Both the position numbers and the translations under genes were made by a program. Below the pieces are notes generated by a model. That model was not told the DNA's origin. It did no database searches and saw only the letters and a list, made by a program, of their open reading frames with translations. From Candidatus Kuenenia stuttgartensis (lineage in GTDB: Bacteria > Planctomycetota > Brocadiia > Brocadiales > Brocadiaceae), in contig NZ_LT934425.1 of the NCBI RefSeq assembly GCF_900232105.1, positions 2,850,001-2,882,000 on the forward strand: 32,000 nt of DNA. Reading direction: 5' to 3'. Of this stretch, positions 16,733-24,004 are shown in pieces; positions within the stretch are counted from its first letter, which is position 1, and every line of letters begins with the position of its first letter.

Positions 16733-17049
16733 AGATTGGAGTTATTATTTCAAGTAATGATGCCGAAACTTGCTGGAATGCCTTACGTTTTGCAAACTTC
16801 TGCCTGTCCCGGGAAGACGCGGTCAAGATATTTTTTACAGGCAAAGGAGTTGATTATCAAAGGATAAGCACTGAGAAGTTCAATACGATTGAGCAGGCGG
16901 AAAAATTTGTGCAAAGCGGGGGAAGGGTTTATGCCTGTGGCACTTGCATCAGATTAAGAAACCAGGAAGGTTCTGAAATGTGTCCTGTTTCTACAATGAA
17001 AGACATGTACGAAATTGTAAAAGAGAGCGATAAAATCGTAACATTCTAG
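16729..17049 (+). CDS. DsrE/DsrF-like sulfur-relay family protein
   Basis: MKIGVIISSNDAETCWNALRFANF...GGRVYACGTCIRLR...CPVSTMKDMYEIVKESDKIVTF. It has a 4-nt ATGA overlap with the desulfurase gene. Confidence 0.75.
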   Translation: MKIGVIISSNDAETCWNALRFANFCLSREDAVKIFFTGKGVDYQRISTEKFNTIEQAEKFVQSGGRVYACGTCIRLRNQEGSEMCPVSTMKDMYEIVKESDKIVTF

Positions 17050-17058
17050 ACAAATTTC

Positions 17059-18775
17059 GTATCTATTCAGCGAAAATAATTTAGAATTTACTTGACAGAT
17101 AATGAGAAAAGCAGGCAGCAAGTATGGTTAGCGATATATAGGGTTGCAGATGCGGTCACTGCAGTCCATAGGAAGTCTTTACAAAGAGAGGCGTGAGGTC
17201 TGTTCAGTGATAGAAATTCGAGCCTTTGTGGTGTGTTATAGAGCGAAAGAAAAGGGTGAAAAAATCTGTGGTATAATAGATGCAGTAGATAATTTCAGGC
17301 TAATTATACAGGTATCATCCATTGACGATAGAGAATATAGACGTAGACGCAACACTCCGGAAAGTAGAGAAGCTACTTTCTGAAGAGAAAGGGCTGTCAC
17401 CGGCGGTGAGGTCAATGATAGAGTTGTTGGTATTATTGATAACACTGCTGGCAGGACGTCTGAACCGGAACAGCCGCAACAGCAGCAAGCCGCCCTCAAG
17501 TGATCCGAATCGCAAGAGAGAAAGCAAGGCGAAGGGTGAAAGGAAGGCAGGCGGGCAAAAGGGCCGTGATGGAGTAACGCTCAAAAAGGTAGACAATCCT
17601 GATGAGGTGGAAGTAATAAAAGTAGACCGGAGGAAGTATCCGCGCAGCAAATACAAGGTGGTAGGTTACGAAGCACGCCAGGTGTTTGATATAAAGATTT
17701 CGCGTGTAGTAACGGAGTATCGTGCAGAGGTAGTTGAGGATGCGAAAGGGAATCGGATTGTAGCGTCATTTCCGGAAGGGGTAACAAAGGCGGTGCAGTA
17801 TGGTCCGGATTTGAAAGCGCATGCAGTCTATATGTCGCAGTATCAATTGATACCCTACAAGAGGATACAGGAGTATTTTGAAGGGCAGATTGGTATACCG
17901 CTGAGTGAAGGTTCTATTTACAACTTTAACAGGGAAGCCTACGAGTCATTGGAACCCTTCGATGTGAGAGCCAGGGAAGAACTTACAAAATCAGAGGTGA
18001 TGCATGTGGATGAAACGGGCATCAACAAGAATGGAGACAGGTATTGGTTGCACAGTGCATCCAATAGTTTGTGGACGTACTTTTTCCCACATGAAAGGCG
18101 TGGAACAGAAGCGATAAATAGTATTGGTATATTACCTGAATTTAGGGGGATTCTTTGCCATGACCATTTGAAGTCGTATTACACCTATAGCAACTGTATG
18201 CATGCGTTGTGTAATGCGCACCACTTGAGGGAATTGGAGGGGGTGTGGGAAGATGATAATAAGCAGGAGTGGGCGAAAGAGATGAAAGCATTACTTAAAG
18301 AGATAAACCGTGCGACAAGCGATGCGGGGGGAATACTGGGAACCGATGAGTCTGAAAAATACCGGCAAAGGTATAGGACGATACTACAAAACGCAGAAGC
18401 CGAAAGCTCTCCTCCTGATGAAACGAACCGTAAGGGAAAAAGGGGTAGGGTAAGAAGGACAAAGGCCCGGAATCTTCTGGAACGATTGAGGAAGTATGAG
18501 GGTGATGTGCTGAGGTTTATGGACAATAAAAATGTCCCCTTTACGAACAATTTGGCAGAAAACGATATCAGGATGACGAAGGTTCAGCAGAAGATATCGG
18601 GCTGTTTTCGTTCTTTGGAGGGAGCGAAAATTTTCTGCCGCATTCGGAGTTATCTCTCGACCTGTCGAAAACAAGGGGTAAATTTGAGCCGGGCATTACA
18701 GATGCTATTCCGTGGTGAATTGCCTGATTTTGCCAGCTCGTAGCGACAGTGGATGAAAATACGCTGAATAGATAC
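17059..18775 (+). mobile_element. IS66-family insertion sequence (1717 bp, single transposase ORF)
   Basis: The terminal inverted repeats are GTATCTATTCAGCG at 17059-17072 and its reverse complement CGCTGAATAGATAC at 18762-18775. There is a perfect 8-bp direct duplication CAAATTTC at 17051-17058 and 18776-18783. An 8-bp TSD is the IS66-family norm. Confidence 0.9.
17322..18743 (+). CDS. IS66-family transposase (TnpC-type)
   Basis: HVDETGINKNGDRYWLH, ILCHDHLKSYY, HALCNAHHLREL and PFTNNLAENDIRMTKVQQKISGCFRS are hallmark IS66 TnpC blocks. It uses a TTG start per the track. Confidence 0.9.
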   Translation: MTIENIDVDATLRKVEKLLSEEKGLSPAVRSMIELLVLLITLLAGRLNRNSRNSSKPPSSDPNRKRESKAKGERKAGGQKGRDGVTLKKVDNPDEVEVIKVDRRKYPRSKYKVVGYEARQVFDIKISRVVTEYRAEVVEDAKGNRIVASFPEGVTKAVQYGPDLKAHAVYMSQYQLIPYKRIQEYFEGQIGIPLSEGSIYNFNREAYESLEPFDVRAREELTKSEVMHVDETGINKNGDRYWLHSASNSLWTYFFPHERRGTEAINSIGILPEFRGILCHDHLKSYYTYSNCMHALCNAHHLRELEGVWEDDNKQEWAKEMKALLKEINRATSDAGGILGTDESEKYRQRYRTILQNAEAESSPPDETNRKGKRGRVRRTKARNLLERLRKYEGDVLRFMDNKNVPFTNNLAENDIRMTKVQQKISGCFRSLEGAKIFCRIRSYLSTCRKQGVNLSRALQMLFRGELPDFASS

Positions 18776-18847
18776 CAAATTTCTGCTAAAACATTCTCAA
18801 AAGAATTATGATTATGAACAATACATTATATAGAGGGATGCAAAGCG

Positions 18848-19465
18848 ATGGACAGTAGCCGAAAGAAACATTGGGAAAATGTTTATGAACAAAAGAAACC
18901 GTCAGAGGTCAGTTGGTACCAGGTTAACCCTGCTGTGTCACTGGAGTTTATCACCTTGGCAAAACCAGACAATGCTGCAAAAATTATTGATGTGGGTGGC
19001 GGTGTGTCTGTCCTTGTGGATGAATTGCTGGAGAAGGGATATCGGGATTTAACCGTTCTGGATATTTCATCAAGAGCTATTCAATATGCTCGGGAGAGAC
19101 TGGGCAGGCGGGCTGAAAATGTATGCTGGATTGAGGCCGATGTAACAGAATATGTCGCGCCCTATCCGTTTGACCTTTGGCATGACAGGGCGGTGTTTCA
19201 TTTCCTGACCGATCCATCGGACAGAAAGAAATATGTTGAGGTATTACAAAATTCTTTGAAAAGGGGAGGGCATTTGATTATCGCCGCTTTTGCAATTGAC
19301 GGCCCAACAAGGTGCAGCGGTCTTGATATTGAACAATACGACGCGGAAAAATTACAAAATGAATTAGGAAGCGAATTCCTTCTGATGGAGGAAAAACAGG
19401 AAATTCATGTTACTCCAGCCAGCAAAGAGCAGAAATTTGGTTTTTTCCGGTTTATGAGAAAATAA
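18848..19465 (+). CDS. Class I SAM-dependent methyltransferase (small, TehB/TPMT-like architecture)
   Basis: HWENVYEQKKPSEVSWYQ, IIDVGGGVSVLVDELLEKGYRDLTVLDISSRAI, and WHDRAVFHFLTD. Confidence 0.8.
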   Translation: MDSSRKKHWENVYEQKKPSEVSWYQVNPAVSLEFITLAKPDNAAKIIDVGGGVSVLVDELLEKGYRDLTVLDISSRAIQYARERLGRRAENVCWIEADVTEYVAPYPFDLWHDRAVFHFLTDPSDRKKYVEVLQNSLKRGGHLIIAAFAIDGPTRCSGLDIEQYDAEKLQNELGSEFLLMEEKQEIHVTPASKEQKFGFFRFMRK

Positions 19466-19557
19466 TTAAATGGTATAGGAAGCAGAGAGGTGCATTCCTG
19501 TGCTGTATTATCAGCGATATCTATTATTTAAGGCCAATAACTATTTACATTTAACCT

Positions 19558-20394
19558 ATGCTCCTGGGAGTACATTGTTCAATAAAAGGCAGTTTGCATA
19601 ACGCCTTCAATGAAGCCGCGTCTTTGGGAATAGACACCTTTCAAATCTTTACGAAAAACCAACGCCAATGGAAAGAAAAAATCGTCGGTCCGGCGGAAAA
19701 AACAATTTTCAGAGAAACATTGCGGCAATCAAACATAAAAACAATTTTTTCACACGCATCCTATCTTATCAATCTTGCCACCAGCGATAGCAGAATTCAC
19801 GCACTTACCCACAATTCCCTCCTGGGAGAGATTCAACGATGTGATGACCTTGGCATTGCGTCTATTATTATACATCCCGGTTTCACAAAAAATACCGGCA
19901 AACAAACCGGCATGAAAAACGTAATCAAAATGATAAAATCAGTACTCAAAAAAACAAACAACTCTCCCGTAAAAATCCTGATGGAAAACACTGCCGGCCA
20001 GGGGTCAAGCATTGGTTATCATTTCAAGCAGTTACAGCAATTAATTGAGGGAATCGGTTCTGGAAGAATAGGCGTCTGTTTTGATACATGCCATGCTTTC
20101 GCAGCGGGCTATGATATAAGGACGAAGATCGGATTTGAAACAACGATGGAGGAATTGGATGCCACGGTAGGCCTCAACTCCCTTTATGCCATTCATTTAA
20201 ATGATTCGAAAGGGGCTTTGGGTAGTAAAATTGACCGGCACGAACATATCGGGCAAGGCGCTATAGGACTGGAACCCTTCAGACAGATTATGAATACAAT
20301 GAAACACATACCGAAAATACTGGAAACACCAAAAGAGGGCGGCATGGATGTGAAAAATTTAAATATTTTAAAAGGATTGGTTGAAAATCGTTGA
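19558..20394 (+). CDS. nfo: Deoxyribonuclease IV (endonuclease IV)
   Basis: LLGVHCSI, HASYLINLA, IIHPG, ENTAGQGSSIG, CFDTCHAFAAGYD, HLNDSK and DRHEHIGQGAIG are the metal-ligand blocks of Nfo. Confidence 0.9.
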   Translation: MLLGVHCSIKGSLHNAFNEAASLGIDTFQIFTKNQRQWKEKIVGPAEKTIFRETLRQSNIKTIFSHASYLINLATSDSRIHALTHNSLLGEIQRCDDLGIASIIIHPGFTKNTGKQTGMKNVIKMIKSVLKKTNNSPVKILMENTAGQGSSIGYHFKQLQQLIEGIGSGRIGVCFDTCHAFAAGYDIRTKIGFETTMEELDATVGLNSLYAIHLNDSKGALGSKIDRHEHIGQGAIGLEPFRQIMNTMKHIPKILETPKEGGMDVKNLNILKGLVENR

Positions 20395-20673
20395 TCCCAA
20401 AAAATCAAAGGGGATGTACACTGGTAAGAGAGAATATTTTTGCTTCATCACTTATCCTCCTCAAGACATTAATTCGCAACGAAAACCACACGTAAATATC
20501 GCTAGAATTCATAATATATTATTGTTAGACTAGATATCTTTAATAGCTACAGGCAAATGTAAATCTGGCTTTTCACAAATCCTTAGTAGTGCCATGCAAT
20601 CTTCCCCAACAAGTAGTGAATACATCGTATAAAAAACTTTCCTATTAATATTATGAAGAAGTAACGTTATCCA

Positions 20674-20886
20674 GTGGAAAAAAACAACGAAAAAAAACGA
20701 AAGGGAATAGTTCACATAAATCATAAATATTGCAAACGCTGCGGTATCTGCGTAAATCTTTGCCCGGTGAAGAATCTGGAAATTAAAAACAAAATATTAA
20801 TGGAATTGAATAAATGTATTGTCTGCAGAACCTGCCAGCGTTATTGCCCGGACATAGCCATTGAAATAGAGGAAATAAATGTCTAA
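20674..20886 (+). CDS. 2-oxoacid:ferredoxin oxidoreductase delta subunit (2x[4Fe-4S] ferredoxin)
   Basis: CKRCGICVNLCP and CIVCRTCQRYCP. GTG start. It overlaps the alpha gene by 8 nt. Confidence 0.8.
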   Translation: MEKNNEKKRKGIVHINHKYCKRCGICVNLCPVKNLEIKNKILMELNKCIVCRTCQRYCPDIAIEIEEINV

Positions 20887-21904
20887 ACAATTATTGCAGG
20901 GAAACCAGGCAATTGTGTTGGGATCTGAGGTTGCAGGCCTGACATTTTTTGCCGGCTACCCCATTACTCCGGCATCGGAAATAATCCACAACCTGGTGAG
21001 CAGGAAAAAAGTAAAAGTACTGCAGATGGAAGATGAAATTTCCTCATTAAGCGCCGTTATCGGTGCGTCACTCGCCGGCCTTAAATCAATGACAGCCACG
21101 TCCGGCCCTGGATTCTCTTTAATGCAGGAAAACATCGGTCTCGCACACATGATGGAAGTGCCTCTGGTGATTGTTAATGTACAAAGAGTAGGGCCCAGCA
21201 CCGGCATGCCTACCTTGCCCGCGCAGGGAGATGTTATGCAATGTATATATGGCAGCCACGGCGATTATTTTCCTATAGTATTTTATCCCAATTCCGTGAC
21301 GGAGCTTTATACTCATACGATAACGGCATTTAATGCCGCCGAAGAATCGTTAAGCCCTGTTATACTGCTTAGTGACGGCTACATAAGCCACCTCTCTGAG
21401 ACAATTGCCCCCCCTGTTAATTTTGTGATCAAAAATCGGGAACGGCTTCCGTTTGGCTGCGGGAATCGTCATTTCACCGGTTTATCACACTATGATTCTC
21501 AACCAAAAACCTCGGATGTTGACAATTACCGAAAACTTATTGCACGTCTGCATGAAAAACAATTACGCATTGCGGGGCAATATAACTATTACGAATACAT
21601 TGAATGCCCGAAGAAAACCGACACATTACTTATCTCTTATGGAGCTTTATCAAGGGTGGCGTATTATTTCAAAAATGATTTTTCATTATTCCGGCCAATA
21701 TTGATGTTTCCGGTTTTTGACGACCTTAAGCGCATCGCATCCCAATATAAAAAAATTATCGTTATGGAAATGAATACAGGCCAATATGCCCGTGAAATTG
21801 AACGTTTATTACACCGCGAAGTAACTTTGATCCCTATCCTCGGCGGGCGCATAAGCCTGGAAGAAATAAAGAGTGTACTCTCTGAAGTGATTAAAAAATG
21901 CTAA
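20879..21904 (+). CDS. 2-oxoacid:ferredoxin oxidoreductase alpha subunit
   Basis: LLQGNQAIVLGSEVAGLTFFAGYPITPASEI, TATSGPGFSLMQE and VQRVGPSTGMPT. Confidence 0.85.
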   Translation: MSKQLLQGNQAIVLGSEVAGLTFFAGYPITPASEIIHNLVSRKKVKVLQMEDEISSLSAVIGASLAGLKSMTATSGPGFSLMQENIGLAHMMEVPLVIVNVQRVGPSTGMPTLPAQGDVMQCIYGSHGDYFPIVFYPNSVTELYTHTITAFNAAEESLSPVILLSDGYISHLSETIAPPVNFVIKNRERLPFGCGNRHFTGLSHYDSQPKTSDVDNYRKLIARLHEKQLRIAGQYNYYEYIECPKKTDTLLISYGALSRVAYYFKNDFSLFRPILMFPVFDDLKRIASQYKKIIVMEMNTGQYAREIERLLHREVTLIPILGGRISLEEIKSVLSEVIKKC

Positions 21905-21926
21905 AAAACAAGGGTGTCGTTTTATC

Positions 21927-22697
21927 ATGGAAAACAATGCTATAAAAGACGTCCAGTTCAAACGTTATCTGAAACTCGAACTGCTGCCAACGCCATGGTG
22001 CGGGGGTTGCGGAAATGGTATTGTGCTGAAAACCATATGCCAGGCCTTTTATGAACTCAACTACCCTTTGCAAGGCACGGTAGTCGTTTCGGGGATTGGC
22101 TGCGCAGGGAGAAGTGCGGGATTTTTTAATCTTGATTCAGTACATACCACCCATGGCAGGGCAATTCCCGTAGCAGAAGGTATTAAATATGCGAACGAAA
22201 AGCTTAATGTGGTAGTCGTGAGCGGGGACGGCGACCTGATGGGTATTGGCGGCAACCATCTTTTGCATGCCATCCGGAGAAACACAAACATTACTGTTAT
22301 TTGTTATGCAAATGAAATCTATGGCATGACCGGCGGCCAGGTTTCTCCCATCACCCCAAGGGGTTGCGAGACGTTAACCACGCCGGGAGGAAATCCTGAT
22401 AATCCCATGGATATACAATATCTGTTTAAAGGCAACAAAAGTTTCTTTGCACGCACCACGGCATATCACCTCAGCCACATGAGAAAATGCATCGTGGCGG
22501 CCTTGCAATTTAACGGCTTTTCTTTTGTCGAAGCAAGAACCATGTGTCTCGTCAATTACGGACGCCGGTTAGGGTACAAAAACTCCAATGCAATGTTGAA
22601 CCACTATAAGGAATTTTACAAAATTAATGATAATGCTGAAGAACTGGCGTCAAATGAGATTGGTATATTACAACACCGCAATCGGCCTGATACATAA
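21927..22697 (+). CDS. 2-oxoacid:ferredoxin oxidoreductase beta subunit (TPP-binding)
   Basis: WCGGCGNGIV, SGIGCAGR, VVSGDGDLMGIGGNH and IYGMTGGQ. Confidence 0.85.
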   Translation: MENNAIKDVQFKRYLKLELLPTPWCGGCGNGIVLKTICQAFYELNYPLQGTVVVSGIGCAGRSAGFFNLDSVHTTHGRAIPVAEGIKYANEKLNVVVVSGDGDLMGIGGNHLLHAIRRNTNITVICYANEIYGMTGGQVSPITPRGCETLTTPGGNPDNPMDIQYLFKGNKSFFARTTAYHLSHMRKCIVAALQFNGFSFVEARTMCLVNYGRRLGYKNSNAMLNHYKEFYKINDNAEELASNEIGILQHRNRPDT

Positions 22698-22738
22698 TTA
22701 GTTGTCAACAAAAAATACTTCATCAAAAGTGGAATTTA

Positions 22739-23038
22739 TTACCACACTTTTCTCAGCGTCTTTAGGCTTTTCAAATAGTCTTCGTACTCCAGGTTTGCCT
22801 CGATTTTGTACTCTTTTAATATATCCATCATCTTTGCTATTGAGACACCTGCAATATGCGCAGCTTTTTCGAGAGATGCCTCTGATTTTTTATATTTTTC
22901 TATGGCAAGCATAACCCGCCCGAGGTCTACCAGCTCTCTTATTTTTTTTGAGACATCTTCATTTTCCTCTTTTGCCAGTGAGGAAAGAAATTTGTAATCA
23001 GTATCACCTATGCGGATACTCAAGGTCTTTGTTGCCAT
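22739..23038 (-). CDS. UPF0175-family antitoxin-like protein
   Basis: AIEKYKKSEASLEKAAHIAGVSIAKMMDILKEYKI matches the UPF0175 pattern (YxxGxxSLxKAAxxAGxS). The N-terminus MATKTLSIRIGDTDYKFL looks RHH-like. Its start lies 1 nt after the upstream gene's stop. Confidence 0.7.
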   Translation of the reverse strand: MATKTLSIRIGDTDYKFLSSLAKEENEDVSKKIRELVDLGRVMLAIEKYKKSEASLEKAAHIAGVSIAKMMDILKEYKIEANLEYEDYLKSLKTLRKVW

Positions 23039-23039
23039 T

Positions 23040-23540
23040 TTATGTACCTCCTCTTAATAGTTTTGTAGCATCGCGAATTATTTCTTTACTATATCGTCCT
23101 ATTAATTGTAATTTCTGTAATTTAAGAAGCGCTGTTTCGCTATCGATAAGCGTTTTTTCAAATGCTCTTATCAAAATAGTTATTGCAGTAACAAAATCTA
23201 ACTTGAGCATTTTGCATGCCCTTATCGCATTTCTATCATCGGTCGCCACCATGGATATCCCTTTCTCGATCGATAAAATAATTGCCTCTGCTTCCCCTCT
23301 ATCGATGCTAAAGTCTTCCATAATATTTTTTGTCTGTGCAATGCCTTTCACCTTAAAAACTTCGATTTTATGATCATTGATTAGTTTTTCTATAGCAGGT
23401 ACTTCAATTCTGCGATCTTCGCATACTTCCGTCATAACTGTTTCTGGAATCAAGACTTTACCTCTAAAATTAGAGACAACCATGTCGAGCATGTCTATTT
23501 TAGCGAGAAGTATTAATGTGGATGAATCAAATACTATCAT
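23040..23540 (-). CDS. DUF3368-family PIN-like putative toxin
   Basis: MIVFDSSTLILLAKIDMLDMVVSNFRGKVLIPETVMTEV is the usual N-terminus of the DUF3368/COG2405 PIN-like proteins that pair with UPF0175. Confidence 0.7.
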   Translation of the reverse strand: MIVFDSSTLILLAKIDMLDMVVSNFRGKVLIPETVMTEVCEDRRIEVPAIEKLINDHKIEVFKVKGIAQTKNIMEDFSIDRGEAEAIILSIEKGISMVATDDRNAIRACKMLKLDFVTAITILIRAFEKTLIDSETALLKLQKLQLIGRYSKEIIRDATKLLRGGT

Positions 23541-24004
23541 TCACTAATTGTATGACAAATGTAATACAAATGTCAATATTAGAGATAATTGATTTTGGTA
23601 TTCAATTTATTTGCCTGACAATCCATGCCGTGTAACATCTTGTGCGCCATGCCGGTTGACATAAATAAACAATAAGTATTACAAGAAATGAAATTGCACC
23701 CTCTCTCAACGACACGGCTTTTTTTAAAAGCCGGATTGCTACAATATTTCTTATAGTGAAACCAAAATTTTTAATAAATATTTTGAACTCTCATTGAAAA
23801 GAGGGTATAAACCAGATAACACGCTAGCGTTAAAATAGAGTTTTCATCCCCCCCCAAAAACAACATAACAATTGCATCAACCCGACCCTTACGGGTAGTG
23901 CGTTTTCTTAAAATTTGTAGTCCGCAGCGGGTGTTTGGGTTTATGAACGTACGCCCCCTTTTTCCCTGCTGCAGGTTATGTAAAACGTTAAAATCTGATT
24001 TATT

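Noticed and set aside
17315-17787. Reverse-strand ORFs (113 and 68 aa) inside the IS66 element as possible tnpA/tnpB
   Set aside because: IS66 accessory genes lie upstream of tnpC on the same strand. These ORFs are antisense to the transposase and have Ser/Leu-rich nonsense-like sequences.
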